Assembly: GCA_029061255.1 (NCBI GenBank)
Contig: JAIDSL010000098.1
Coordinates: 71,921-135,920, forward strand
Length of the DNA stretch: 64,000 nt
Direction: 5' to 3'
Source: Muribaculaceae bacterium
GTDB taxonomy: Bacteria; Bacteroidota; Bacteroidia; Bacteroidales; Muribaculaceae
In this document: piece after piece, positions 18,719 to 29,245 of the stretch
How positions within the stretch are numbered: position 1 is the stretch's first letter
How the letters are laid out: each line of letters opens with the position of its first letter
Translations under genes and position numbers: made by a program
The notes under the pieces: generated by a model
Databases searched by the model: none
The model's input: only the letters and a program-made list of their open reading frames with translations
What the model was told of the DNA's origin: nothing

Positions 18719-21700
18719 TTAGAATGCTACGTTGACTCCAAACGAGAAAATTCTTGTCTTTGGATACCACCAGCAGTAGCCCATCGGACGTTCGGGGTCC
18801 ATGCCCTTAGGAAGATGGCTGACAGTGGCAACATTGTATGCGCTGAAGTAGAAACGGCACTTTGTCATACAGATCTTAGAGATCAATCTTGTCGGAAGTG
18901 AATATCCAAACTCGATGTTGCGGAGTGAGAAGTAGTCGCCGTTGGTGATCCAAATGTCGTTCTGATAAGAGCCATTGTCACGTGATGAATCCTCGGAGTT
19001 GTAGGAGAATGAGAGGCGAGGATATTTTGCGTTGATGTTTCGCGGGTCCATTGGGTCGTCTGTGTAGTAGCCCCATGCGTCTGTAACTGCGTGAGTGGAG
19101 TTGTTGGATCCCCATTCTGAGAATGTCATTGCCGGAGACAAGAACACTGAGCGGTTGAGATATGCTGTGCCTACAACCTTAAGGTCGAATCCTGCGTATT
19201 TCACAGTTATTGCGAGCGAAGGAGTAAGGTCAGGAAGCATAGTGTAGCCGAGTGGCTTCATATCGCGTGAGTCGATGATGCGGTCGCCGTTGATATCCTT
19301 GAAGACTGCGGTTCCGAGTTTCTGGCCGCCTCCGGAGAAAGAGTTGTAAGGATATTTTTCAGGGTGATCGATTGCATCCTGCTGTGAAGTGGAGATAAGT
19401 GCAGGATCACTTGCCCAGCCGTTGAACTGATACATGTTCCAGCCACCGATTACACCGGCATTCTCACTTTCGTAGATTCCAGCTACTGATTCATAGCCAC
19501 GGATACGGTCGCCAGTCTTGCGCTGCCATTCTACAGCAGGCTCAACCTCGTCCATCTCTGTGATCTTATTTTTATTATAGGAAAGCATACCCTCTATGGT
19601 GTATTCCACCTTTCCGATCTTGTTCTGATGTCCGATTGTCAGTTCAAAACCTTTCGATTCCACTTTTCCGTAAGAGTCCTTGGCGAAGCTGATGCCGAGG
19701 ATGTCAGGGTTGGTTGAGCGGTTGATAAGGATATTGCTTCTCCATTCTTTCCAGAAGTCAACGCTACCGTAGAGGCGGTTGCCGAAGAAGCCCCAGTCAA
19801 GACCGAGGTTGACCATCTTAGAAATTTCCCACTTTGAGTTGGGGTTACCTGCCTGTGCCTCTTGGTAGCCCGGTACCCAAACGGCACCTGTACCGAAGCT
19901 GTAGCCGTTGTTCTGCTCGAAGATAGACTGGTAAGGATAGCGTCCTGCGCCTGTATCGCTCATACCGGTCTTTCCATAGGTGGCACGAAGCTTTAGCAGA
20001 TTGACGTTCTCGTTCTGTAGGAATGCCTCGTTGTTGATGAGCCAGCCTGCGCCAACGCCCCAGAATGTACCCCAGCGGTTATCCGGATCAAAGTTGTCGT
20101 TACCCATATAAGATATGCTTCCGTTGACGATGTAACGGTTGTCGAATATATAAGTTCCGAGAGCATTGTAGCTTAGATAGCGGTCTGATGACAAATGGAA
20201 CCAGTTGGCAGAGTGAGGACCACGGTTGTTACGCTTCATGTAAGAGCGGACGAAAGCGCGAACGTCGACATTGTGCTTGTCTCCGAAGATCCTTTCATAG
20301 CTGAGTCCACCTCGCAAATTGAGTGTCCATGAGTTGTCTCGTTCGTTCTTGCCGGGATTTGTCAGCTCTGAGTAGCGTTGTGTCTGTGTGTATGTGAAGT
20401 CTTCGACGTTTTCCACCGACTGGTTGTTCCAGTCGTAGCTGTAAGCGTTGATGGAGTTGCTTTGGGTCGACTGGTAGCCATCGTATGCATCAAATGATAC
20501 AACTGCGTCAATGCCAAGACCCGGAGTGATCATTCTCAAATCCCCCTTCACGTTAAGGGTGGAGTAGAGCTGACGTCTGCGGTTCTTTTCCAGACCGGAT
20601 GAACCGAGCTGATAAATCGGGTTGTTGGTGTTATTGTCGTAATAGAGTTCACCGTTAGGACAGTATACCGGAGAGAAGACGTTGGTCTCAACCGCACCGA
20701 ATGTGGTCAGTCCGAATACGCCTGCTGTTGGCTGGGTGATATTGTCGATACGTCCACCGAGGTCAAGTCCTACTGTAAGGTAATCATTGACTGTGATGTC
20801 GAGGTTTGAGCGGAGGTTCCAACGGTTCAGGACATGCTGTGAGTTGTAGCGCTCTGCCTTATGCTTAGTTGCCTCATTGTTCCACATACCCTCATGGCGG
20901 AGGTAAGAGAACGATACATAGTAGCGTGCACGCTTGTTACCGCCCGAAATCTGGAAGTTGGTCTTCAGTACTGGGGCAGTTTCGCGATACAGCACGTCAA
21001 ACCAGTTTGTATTGAAGTATTTGTAACGGTCGATGCCTTCCAATGTCTCTCCGTTGCACACTCTGCGGTATTTTTCAATCACCTCAGGGGAATAAAGAGG
21101 ATCCTTGCCGTCGAGATAGCGAACCTGATTAGATGTAAGGGCGTGGTTGTAGGCATTCTGGTTCTCCATTGTGTTGGTAAGGGTCTGCCAACCTACTTCC
21201 TGAGTGAAGTCAATCACAGCCTTTCCGCTTTCGCCACGCTTTGTTGTGACGAGCACGACGCCGTTTGCACCGCGCATACCATAGAGTGCGGTGGCGGCAG
21301 CATCTTTAAGGATAGTCACGTTGTCGATGGGGAATGCGTCAAGGAATGAAATGTCTCGCTCTACATTGTCAACTATCACAATAGGGTTGCGGGCAGATGC
21401 ATTCATTGTGCGGATACCGCGGATATACATCTTGGTCTCAGCCCAACCCGGTTCGGTGGCAGCTTCATATGTCTGCACGCCGGTGACTGTCGAATTAAAT
21501 GCATTCTGAAGCACAGTGATAGGATAGCGCTGCAGTTCTTCGCCTGTCACGATAGAAGTGGCTTCTGTCTGATATTTGGCAGGCTTGTCGGCGAATGCGA
21601 AATTGCGGAGCTTGTTGTATGCGTCACTTTGAGGGTCAAGCACTATAATGAGAGGGTTATTGAGATCCTCGACTGTGACAATCTTTGGATCATAGCCTAC

Positions 21701-21955
21701 GCACTTGGTGTTCACCTCATCGTCGAAAGTTACGTCTTTAAGGGTGAAATTGCCATCATTGTCAGTGACAACGATGCCGCTCTGCTCAGCCACGTTGACT
21801 ATCGCACCCGGGATGGGGTTGCCATCCTTGTCTGTGACGCGTCCCTTGAGTTCGCGTGCTTCAGCCGTCATCGTCAGCGACAGGGCGCCAAGAGCCGTCG
21901 CAATAGCAAGGCTGCGGAAAGCTGATATATGTTCTGTTGTCTTATTCATGATCAT
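18719..21955 (-). CDS. SusC/RagA TonB-dependent transporter
   Basis: ILKDAAATALYGMRGANGVVLVTTKRG plug motif; C-terminal FGVNVAF. Confidence 0.95.
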   Translation of the reverse strand: MIMNKTTEHISAFRSLAIATALGALSLTMTAEARELKGRVTDKDGNPIPGAIVNVAEQSGIVVTDNDGNFTLKDVTFDDEVNTKCVGYDPKIVTVEDLNNPLIIVLDPQSDAYNKLRNFAFADKPAKYQTEATSIVTGEELQRYPITVLQNAFNSTVTGVQTYEAATEPGWAETKMYIRGIRTMNASARNPIVIVDNVERDISFLDAFPIDNVTILKDAAATALYGMRGANGVVLVTTKRGESGKAVIDFTQEVGWQTLTNTMENQNAYNHALTSNQVRYLDGKDPLYSPEVIEKYRRVCNGETLEGIDRYKYFNTNWFDVLYRETAPVLKTNFQISGGNKRARYYVSFSYLRHEGMWNNEATKHKAERYNSQHVLNRWNLRSNLDITVNDYLTVGLDLGGRIDNITQPTAGVFGLTTFGAVETNVFSPVYCPNGELYYDNNTNNPIYQLGSSGLEKNRRRQLYSTLNVKGDLRMITPGLGIDAVVSFDAYDGYQSTQSNSINAYSYDWNNQSVENVEDFTYTQTQRYSELTNPGKNERDNSWTLNLRGGLSYERIFGDKHNVDVRAFVRSYMKRNNRGPHSANWFHLSSDRYLSYNALGTYIFDNRYIVNGSISYMGNDNFDPDNRWGTFWGVGAGWLINNEAFLQNENVNLLKLRATYGKTGMSDTGAGRYPYQSIFEQNNGYSFGTGAVWVPGYQEAQAGNPNSKWEISKMVNLGLDWGFFGNRLYGSVDFWKEWRSNILINRSTNPDILGISFAKDSYGKVESKGFELTIGHQNKIGKVEYTIEGMLSYNKNKITEMDEVEPAVEWQRKTGDRIRGYESVAGIYESENAGVIGGWNMYQFNGWASDPALISTSQQDAIDHPEKYPYNSFSGGGQKLGTAVFKDINGDRIIDSRDMKPLGYTMLPDLTPSLAITVKYAGFDLKVVGTAYLNRSVFLSPAMTFSEWGSNNSTHAVTDAWGYYTDDPMDPRNINAKYPRLSFSYNSEDSSRDNGSYQNDIWITNGDYFSLRNIEFGYSLPTRLISKICMTKCRFYFSAYNVATVSHLPKGMDPERPMGYCWWYPKTRIFSFGVNVAF

Positions 21956-21967
21956 TAGGTAAGTGAA

Positions 21968-23740
21968 TTAGTCCCAACCGGGATTGTTGGCGATTTCCGT
22001 TTTCCAGTACTCAGCCTCAGGTATGGGGTAGAGATACATCTTGTCTTCAAACACTCGTTTCTGAGCCACCTTACGGGAGATGGTGCCGTTTTGTGCCACT
22101 TCTATGCCGTAGATGTCGCGAGAAAGGGCCTCTTTTGCCACGTTCCAGCGGCGTACATCCCACCAGCGGTGCTCCTCGAAGGCGAATTCCACTGTGCGCT
22201 CCTTGTGGATGAAGTTGCGCATTGCTTCTTTGCTCTTCAGGTCGGCGCGGTCTGCTGTGTTGCCTGTGATGCCTGCGCGGTGACGCACTTTGTCAAGTAG
22301 TGCGCATACCTCATCGGACGGGCCGCCTACCTCATTGAGGGCCTCAGCGTAGTTCATAAGGATCTCAGCATAGCGTATGATGCTCCATAAGCGGTAAGCA
22401 GATCCTGAATGGTTGCTGGCGAGAATCGATGCCGGGATGTATTTACGCATGTAGTAGCCGGTCGGCGTAGCGTCGGCGTTGCCGATTGGATTGTCAGCCA
22501 TACCACGGCGAACGTCGATGAATCCTGTGCTGTTCATGGAGCCCCATTCCGTTCCGTGGAAAAGTACGGAAGCTTCGAAGCGAGGATCACGGTCTTGCCA
22601 CATCCTCTGTTCTGAATATCCGCTCTCCGGGTTGATTGCGGGGACGCCCTGTGCATTGTAGACAGGTGCTCCGGTAGCATCATACTGAGCGAAGGGGGAT
22701 GTGCCGTCAGCCATGTCATACATATCCACGAGGTTCTGTGACGGGCAGTTGCCACCGCGTCCACCTTCGCCTACGGGAGTGTCAAGGCGGATGTTACCCC
22801 AGCCGATCTGTGTGTCGTTGCGGAAGAAGATAACCTCGTTGTTGTTGCCTGTATATTGCGAGTGAAGCACTGCATTGGCGTAGTTCTCTGCTCCGGATTT
22901 GGTGTCTTCGGCATAAAGGCCGAACTTGCCACCATATGTGTCGATGAATGCCTTGGCGCAGTCTGCCGCCTCTTGCCAGCTTACGTTGCAGCCGAGGGCG
23001 GCATAGCGTGGAGAGGCAAGATAAAGAAGAATTCTCGACTCAAGGGCAAGCGACATTGGCTGTGAAAGACGGCCGATACGGTTGCTGTTCCATGCGTCTT
23101 CATAGGTGAGCAGGTCGGCGCGTGATTCGCGGAGTTCTTTAAGGATGAACTCTGTGTACTCTGCATATGAAGGGCGTGTCTTGTAAGGTGTGATCATATC
23201 CTGTTCCGGATCGAGCACATCTTCTACAATGGGAAGTGGACCGTAGCGCAGGAAAAGCTCCCAGTAAAAATATGCGCGGAATGTGCGGGCCTCCGCACGC
23301 ATTGTAGCGCGTTGCTGTGCATCCTCTTCATCAGTTAGTGTGATGTTTTTAGGCACAAGGTGCATCTGCGTCAATACGCGGTTGCATTTTCTGATTGCGC
23401 GGTAGCGTGACTCCCATGTGTCAGAAAGTTCGCTCCATCCTCCGCCGGCATAGTAGTTGCCGATGTTGAACGAGGTGCGTGCGCCTCCCGTAGCAAATGA
23501 TGTCTCAGCAAGGTCAGTTGCTGCATCGAGCCAAGAGTCTGAGAGGCGGTTGGCGCCATGGCGCAGGAAGTTGTATGTGTCGGTATGGAAGTACTCGAAC
23601 ATACGCCAGTCGGCGAGTGTCTTTTCTTCCGTCAGCTCGTTAGAGGCCTGCTTGTCGAGGAAATCGCTACACGAAGTCATCGCAAGAGCCATGCCTACGG
23701 CTGCCGTGGTCATTGCTATATTTTTGATGTTCTTGATCAT
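21968..23740 (-). CDS. SusD/RagB family glycan-binding lipoprotein
   Basis: Lipobox MTS-CSDFLD; RDPRF, RYAEILMNYAEALNE, ERTVEFAFEEHRWWDVRRW, NNPGW. Confidence 0.93.
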   Translation of the reverse strand: MIKNIKNIAMTTAAVGMALAMTSCSDFLDKQASNELTEEKTLADWRMFEYFHTDTYNFLRHGANRLSDSWLDAATDLAETSFATGGARTSFNIGNYYAGGGWSELSDTWESRYRAIRKCNRVLTQMHLVPKNITLTDEEDAQQRATMRAEARTFRAYFYWELFLRYGPLPIVEDVLDPEQDMITPYKTRPSYAEYTEFILKELRESRADLLTYEDAWNSNRIGRLSQPMSLALESRILLYLASPRYAALGCNVSWQEAADCAKAFIDTYGGKFGLYAEDTKSGAENYANAVLHSQYTGNNNEVIFFRNDTQIGWGNIRLDTPVGEGGRGGNCPSQNLVDMYDMADGTSPFAQYDATGAPVYNAQGVPAINPESGYSEQRMWQDRDPRFEASVLFHGTEWGSMNSTGFIDVRRGMADNPIGNADATPTGYYMRKYIPASILASNHSGSAYRLWSIIRYAEILMNYAEALNEVGGPSDEVCALLDKVRHRAGITGNTADRADLKSKEAMRNFIHKERTVEFAFEEHRWWDVRRWNVAKEALSRDIYGIEVAQNGTISRKVAQKRVFEDKMYLYPIPEAEYWKTEIANNPGWD

Positions 23741-23749
23741 GTCGGTAGG

Positions 23750-26700
23750 TTAGAATTGAATGTTGACACCAAAGTTGACGGTCTTGCAGATGGGATAGCG
23801 GTTTGATCCATTGCTCTCAGGGTCGGTAAGTCCGTCGAGCTTGTCCCATGTCACGAGGTTGTTGGCGTTCACGAAGACGCGGCACTGCGACATTGCTGCA
23901 TGCTTGATCCATTTCTGCGGAAGATTGTAGTAGATTTCTACATTCTTGAGTCGGCAGAATGAGCCGTCTTTCAAGAAGAAGCTGTTGGTTCTCTGGTTGT
24001 GGTCGCCATAGTTATCGTAGTGGAGGAGGGGATACTTGGCGTTGGCGAGGTTCTGGGCTTCGCTTAATGCGGGATTCCAGCGTTCGAGATGGTGTTCCTT
24101 AACTTTGCCACCGTTGATGAAAGCATACATAGCCTCTGCATCGTAGTAGCGGCTTACTCCACTCACACCCTGGAACATTACATTGAATCCAAGTCCCTTC
24201 CAGTCAGCGCCAAGAGTGACAGCATAGGTGTTTTCAGGGAGGTCGCTCATGCCGATGTAGGTTATATCGCGGTCGTCGATGAATCCGTCGCCGTTCATGT
24301 CGCGGTATTTCAGGTCGCCTACCTTAACGTCGCCGAATGTTGACTGCGGAAGCTTGCCGCTTGCGATGTCTTCTGATGTCACGAAGCCGTCACACTGGAG
24401 GCCGAAGTACTGACCGATCGGGTGTCCTGTCTGCTTGCGATAGGCAGTCTTCAGTGCTGGCTCGTCCATCTCTGTGATCTCATTCTTTGCGTGAGAGTAG
24501 GTGAAGCCCAAGTTGTAGCTGAAGTCTGGTCCGATCTTGTTGTTGTAGTGCAGCTCAAGTTCAAAACCGGAGTTCTTTGTCTTTCCAAGGTTGCCTACTG
24601 CTGAGGTCACACCAAACCACCAGGGTCTTGTCTGATACTCAGCGAGGATATCGTCACGCTTCTCAGTGAAGTAGTCAAAGTTACCGGTAAGGGTATTGTT
24701 GAGGAACCCGAACTCAAGACCGATGTTGAACTTGTGTGCTCTTTCCCAAGTCACGTAGTAGTTGGGATACTGCTGCTCGAAGATACCGGTCTGGCCGTTG
24801 GTGCCGAAGAAATAGTCGTTGCCGATCTGCGACCATTTTTGCTCGTAGAGGAAGCGCTGGCCTGCGTAATTATCGTTACCTACCTGTCCGTAGCTGCCAC
24901 GGAGCTTCAGGTTGTCGAGCCAGGTTGTAGTGCTTTCCATGAAGCTTTCCTCTGTGATGCGCCATCCGAGTGAGAAGGCAGGGAAGAAACCGAAACGGCG
25001 GTCTTTGTGGAAGTTCTCAGATCCGTTGTAGCCGGCGTTAAACTCAGCGAGGTAACGGTTATCGTATGCATAGGTGATACGTCCTACCACGCCCTGGTAT
25101 CTCTTGGCGAGTTCTGAGTTCTGGCGGAAGTCGTTCTGCATATAGAGCACCATTGCCGATACGTCGTGCAGATTGTTGAATGTGCGATGATAGTTGATCT
25201 GTGCCTCGATATATAGCTTATACAGGGAGTTGAAGTCATAGCTTGATGTCATCGGGGCATCGGTGCCAAATTTGTTGTAAGCATCGATCGACATATAATT
25301 GTCCCTGTCGTTGAGCTCATACTTGGCGAAGCTCTTTTTATACTGGTTCTGGTGGTAGCTCTCGTAGTCGAAAGATGCCATTGCACGAGCTGAAAGACCT
25401 GGAGTCAACCAGTCCATCTTGTAGTCTACGATGAAGTTGGTTTCGTTGATGGTGTTGATGCCCTTGAAGTAGCCACCTTCTGCAAATGTAGCGTAGATGT
25501 TGTCCTGATACTGCGAGCTGCCGCCCCAGAGGGTCTTCATGTCTTCACCGTTCTGCACTTCATAAGCCACCGGGAATAGCCAGCCCGGAGTGTGGTTCAT
25601 CTGGTAGAAGGCGTTGCTGAAGCCACCACTTTCGTTGCTGTTAGGAAGCTTGCGTTCCTCGAAGCGTGTACCGAAGTTCACTGAGAGGGTGAGGTCTTTG
25701 GTAAGGAAGAAGTCGGCGTTGGCGCGAAAGCTGTAGCGGCGGTAGTGCTGTGACGATCCGTTCCCGTAGACGTCGCGTGAGAGTTCTTTATAAAGAGAGC
25801 CCTGGTTATAGTATTCAAGTGATGCGTAGTAGCGCATTCTCTTTGTGCCGCCGCGTACGCTTGCGTTGTATCGCTGTGATGGCGCTGAGCTGCGAAGAAG
25901 CTCGTCATACCAGTCTACGTTAGGATAGAGCAGCACGTCTACTCCACTTAGCTGTCCGAGCGAAGAACGGCGATACATCTCGATGTCCTGCTGTGAGTAC
26001 TGCGAGGGAAGTCCGTCATTGGCGAGAGCCTCCTCGAGGAGTGTCACAGAATTGTATGAGTCAAGATAAGTGTCCTTGCGGGTAGGAGTCTGCCATTGGA
26101 AGTTAGCTGTGAGGCTTACTACCGGCTTCTGCTCCTTACCTCGCTTGGTGGTGATGAGCATTACGCCGTTCGCACCACGCACACCATATACTGCTGTTGC
26201 AGATGCGTCCTTAAGGACAGATATTGTCTCGATATCATCTGGGGCGATCTGAGAGAAAGAACGCTCGATACCGTCTACAAGGATAAGCGGCTGTGCATCG
26301 CCTGCAAATGTGGCGCGGCCACGGATGAAGATAGATGCGTCGTCAGCACCTGGAGCACCTGATGTCTGGGAGGTGATCACGCCCGGGATCTTACCGGCGA
26401 TAGCCTGCGAGAGGTTGGCTGAAGGAGTCTCCAAGAGGTCGGCTGATCCTACCTGCGAGATAGCGCCAATCACTGATTCTTTCTTCTGTTGGCCATAACC
26501 TACTACTACGAGTTCGTCAAGAAGCTCTGATGATTCCTTGAGGACTATGTCAAGATGCTTCTGTCCTTTCACTGCAACTTCCTCAGTATTGTAGCCTACG
26601 TAAGATACTACGAGCACCGCCTTTTGCAGGTCTTTTACGAAAAGCACGAAGTTGCCGTCAAAATCGGTGGCTGTGCCTGTGGCAGTTCCTTTTTCAATAA

Positions 26701-26890
26701 TTGTGGCGCCGATCAGCGGTTCTCCGGTGTTGTCTGTCACCGTACCGGTGATCTGGCCCTGCTGCGCGAAGATTTGCAGCGGGAACAGGATCGCCAGCAT
26801 CGCCGCAAGAATCAGATGGAGCTTTTTGCCCGATCCGGCAGCCGTTTGTCTGCGATTATGATTCATTTTATTTCTATGATGTTTTTCCAT
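23750..26890 (-). CDS. SusC/RagA TonB-dependent transporter
   Basis: VVVGYGQQKK, VLKDASATAVYGVRGANGVMLITTKRG; C-terminal FGVNIQF; start 26890 or 26866. Confidence 0.95.
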   Translation of the reverse strand: MEKHHRNKMNHNRRQTAAGSGKKLHLILAAMLAILFPLQIFAQQGQITGTVTDNTGEPLIGATIIEKGTATGTATDFDGNFVLFVKDLQKAVLVVSYVGYNTEEVAVKGQKHLDIVLKESSELLDELVVVGYGQQKKESVIGAISQVGSADLLETPSANLSQAIAGKIPGVITSQTSGAPGADDASIFIRGRATFAGDAQPLILVDGIERSFSQIAPDDIETISVLKDASATAVYGVRGANGVMLITTKRGKEQKPVVSLTANFQWQTPTRKDTYLDSYNSVTLLEEALANDGLPSQYSQQDIEMYRRSSLGQLSGVDVLLYPNVDWYDELLRSSAPSQRYNASVRGGTKRMRYYASLEYYNQGSLYKELSRDVYGNGSSQHYRRYSFRANADFFLTKDLTLSVNFGTRFEERKLPNSNESGGFSNAFYQMNHTPGWLFPVAYEVQNGEDMKTLWGGSSQYQDNIYATFAEGGYFKGINTINETNFIVDYKMDWLTPGLSARAMASFDYESYHQNQYKKSFAKYELNDRDNYMSIDAYNKFGTDAPMTSSYDFNSLYKLYIEAQINYHRTFNNLHDVSAMVLYMQNDFRQNSELAKRYQGVVGRITYAYDNRYLAEFNAGYNGSENFHKDRRFGFFPAFSLGWRITEESFMESTTTWLDNLKLRGSYGQVGNDNYAGQRFLYEQKWSQIGNDYFFGTNGQTGIFEQQYPNYYVTWERAHKFNIGLEFGFLNNTLTGNFDYFTEKRDDILAEYQTRPWWFGVTSAVGNLGKTKNSGFELELHYNNKIGPDFSYNLGFTYSHAKNEITEMDEPALKTAYRKQTGHPIGQYFGLQCDGFVTSEDIASGKLPQSTFGDVKVGDLKYRDMNGDGFIDDRDITYIGMSDLPENTYAVTLGADWKGLGFNVMFQGVSGVSRYYDAEAMYAFINGGKVKEHHLERWNPALSEAQNLANAKYPLLHYDNYGDHNQRTNSFFLKDGSFCRLKNVEIYYNLPQKWIKHAAMSQCRVFVNANNLVTWDKLDGLTDPESNGSNRYPICKTVNFGVNIQF

Positions 26891-26920
26891 TCCTGCCGCA
26901 GAATGCCTGCGGCAGGAATG
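26888..26920. promoter_or_regulatory. Perfect 14-bp hairpin between the SGBP gene and the first susC
   Basis: CATTCCTGCCGCAG-AATGC-CTGCGGCAGGAATG; includes the first in-frame susC ATG. Confidence 0.6.
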
Positions 26921-26935
26921 ATTTGATGGTTAGTG

Positions 26936-29182
26936 TTATTTTTTAAGGCCTATGAGTGTCTGGATTTGTTCCGGAGTCAAAGCTCTGTTGTAGATTTCGA
27001 CGTTGTTGAACATGAACGCCGGGTCGGGGTCACCCCAGTTCCAAGCTTGCATGCCACCCACGCAGAAGAGGTTGAAGCGTGAATCACCGAATATCTCACA
27101 TCTTTGGCCGCGGCTCATTCCGTCGATTGTCCAGGAGTTGATGAGTTCTCCGTCGAAGTATACAGCCGCTGTGGTCTTTGTGAATATCGCTGTGTAATGG
27201 TGCCATTCCTTGTCTGCGAGCCAGTCACTGTCGTTGTGGCGAATTGTCACTGTTCCCTGGTCGCAGAGGTCATCTCCATAGTCACACCATGCATCTCCGG
27301 CGTTGTCGTTGCCGTTGCAGTTCACCTGAACGCCGCCTCTGTACTGGCATGCCAACATCGGGCATCCTGTTCCGGCCACATTGCTGTCGTAGGCAGTGAA
27401 CATCGGGCACCACATGTATTCTCCCGGTTCGCCTGCGTTCTTGGCATTTACCCAAAGCGAGATTGTGATCTCATCGTTGCCGCCGGCCTGCACGAATACG
27501 TCATCAGGGAGCTGCAAGTAGTTCTGGCGCATACCGCCCTTGGCATTCTGGAATACCTTGCCCCAGTTGCCACCGGCGTTCTCAATTGTGCCTGCTCCTA
27601 CAATCTGTGCATCATCTGTGCCGTTCTCGAAGTTATATGTATAAATAGGTGAGGGCACGTTTTCTTTCAGATTGATGAGGGTCTGGATCTGCTCCTTGGT
27701 CAGGGCGTGGTCGTAGATAGCTACATCGTCAAACATGAATGCCGGGTCTGGGTCACCCCAATTCCAAGCTTGCATACCACCTACGCAGAAGAGGTTGAAG
27801 CGTGAATCACCGAATATCTCACATCTTTGGCCGCGGCTCATGCCGTCGATTGTCCAGGAGTTGATGAGTTCTCCGTCGAAGTATACGGCTGCAGAAGTCT
27901 TTGTGAATGTAGCTGTGTAATGGTGCCATTCCTTGTCTGCGAGCCAGTCACTGTCGTTGTGGCGAATTGTCACTGTTCCCTGGTCGCAGAGGTCATCTCC
28001 ATAGTCACACCATGCATCTCCGGCGTTGTCGTTGCCGTTGCAGTTCACCTGAACGCCGCCTCTGTACTGGCATGCCAACATCGGGCATCCTGTTCCGGCC
28101 ACATTGCTGTCGTAGGCAGTGAACATCGGACACCACATGTATTCTCCCGGTTCGCCTGCATTCTTGGCATTTACCCAAAGCGAGATTGTGATCTCTTCGT
28201 TGCCGCCGGCTTTCACAAATACGTCTTCGGGCAACTGGAGATAATTCTGGCGCATGCCACCCTTGGCATTCTGGAATACCTTGCCGAAGTTGCCTCCTGC
28301 ATCTACGATTTCTCCACCACCTACGATAGTGGCGTCACCTGTGCCACGCTCGAAGTTGTAGAAGAATACGGGATCCGGTAGAGGTGTGCCGACTGTTATG
28401 CCAGGCCCTGCTGTCTGGCCAATCTTTCCTTTCTTCGGCTGCTTTGCCTCTTTCTCTGTGGCGCTGTTGCGGAAGAAGGTGAAATCATCTATCAGCATAT
28501 GCTGATTGCCGTCATTGTTAAGAGTGACAAAATCAGCGCTGTTCATCATTTCGACTGCCTTGGTGAGGTCTGTCCCTTCAGGAACGAATACTGGCACTTC
28601 CTCACCTCCCACAAACATGCGATAGCCATTCTTTGATACTACGAATGTTATGAATTGCCATTTGTCTGCCTTGACAATGTCGTTTGCTGCTTCTGAAGTG
28701 ATGTTCACGGTCTTGTCTCCGCTTTGGAGTTTCAGACTGCCGTTGGCTGTGATGTCGAGTGTGCTTCCTTCTATGCCCCAGTGAAGCACAGAGCTTGTAG
28801 AGTTGAGTGGAGCTACTACTCCCTCTTCTGGTGTTTGTCCTGACACCTGCTTATACCAGAATGATACTGATGCAGATGTTTGGCACACTACCGATTGAAG
28901 GGCATTTGTAAGCCGTGCATAAGTCCCTCGACTTATGTCAAGGATAGGTGATTGCACTGAGTCATCGACCGCGATTTGGGCTGTCGTGCCTCCGTCATGG
29001 GAGGCAAGCTCGACTAAGAGCGGGTCCATATCCTCGTCAAAATTGTAGCATGCTACGTTTTGAAGAGAAGGATAGACCTGGTTTCCTGCGGGAGGGTCCA
29101 TTTTTCCCCAGTCAGGTCCGCACGAGGCGACCGTAAGACCAAGTGAACCGAACAGGATACAAGATTTGATCGAGTTCTTCAT
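26936..29182 (-). CDS. Surface glycan-binding lipoprotein with three LamG/ConA-like jelly-roll domains
   Basis: Lipobox VAS-C and DPPAGNQ; TISLWV...WHHYT...VYFDGE...DDVAIYDHALT LamG pattern; first gene of the PUL. Confidence 0.8.
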   Translation of the reverse strand: MKNSIKSCILFGSLGLTVASCGPDWGKMDPPAGNQVYPSLQNVACYNFDEDMDPLLVELASHDGGTTAQIAVDDSVQSPILDISRGTYARLTNALQSVVCQTSASVSFWYKQVSGQTPEEGVVAPLNSTSSVLHWGIEGSTLDITANGSLKLQSGDKTVNITSEAANDIVKADKWQFITFVVSKNGYRMFVGGEEVPVFVPEGTDLTKAVEMMNSADFVTLNNDGNQHMLIDDFTFFRNSATEKEAKQPKKGKIGQTAGPGITVGTPLPDPVFFYNFERGTGDATIVGGGEIVDAGGNFGKVFQNAKGGMRQNYLQLPEDVFVKAGGNEEITISLWVNAKNAGEPGEYMWCPMFTAYDSNVAGTGCPMLACQYRGGVQVNCNGNDNAGDAWCDYGDDLCDQGTVTIRHNDSDWLADKEWHHYTATFTKTSAAVYFDGELINSWTIDGMSRGQRCEIFGDSRFNLFCVGGMQAWNWGDPDPAFMFDDVAIYDHALTKEQIQTLINLKENVPSPIYTYNFENGTDDAQIVGAGTIENAGGNWGKVFQNAKGGMRQNYLQLPDDVFVQAGGNDEITISLWVNAKNAGEPGEYMWCPMFTAYDSNVAGTGCPMLACQYRGGVQVNCNGNDNAGDAWCDYGDDLCDQGTVTIRHNDSDWLADKEWHHYTAIFTKTTAAVYFDGELINSWTIDGMSRGQRCEIFGDSRFNLFCVGGMQAWNWGDPDPAFMFNNVEIYNRALTPEQIQTLIGLKK
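26950..28375. repeat. Intragenic tandem duplication with a 723-bp period
   Basis: CGCAGAAGAGGTTGAAGCG at 27061 and 27784; the protein repeats a 241-aa unit. Confidence 0.95.
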
Positions 29183-29245
29183 TAGATTGATGATGATAGT
29201 TTAGGTTTATATTATGTTGTATTTGTATTGGCGTCATTTGAAGTG

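Noticed and set aside
26950-28375. Diversity-generating retroelement TR/VR pair
   Set aside because: Mismatches between copies are mixed, mostly synonymous changes rather than adenine-specific; both copies are in frame in one gene; no reverse transcriptase in the window
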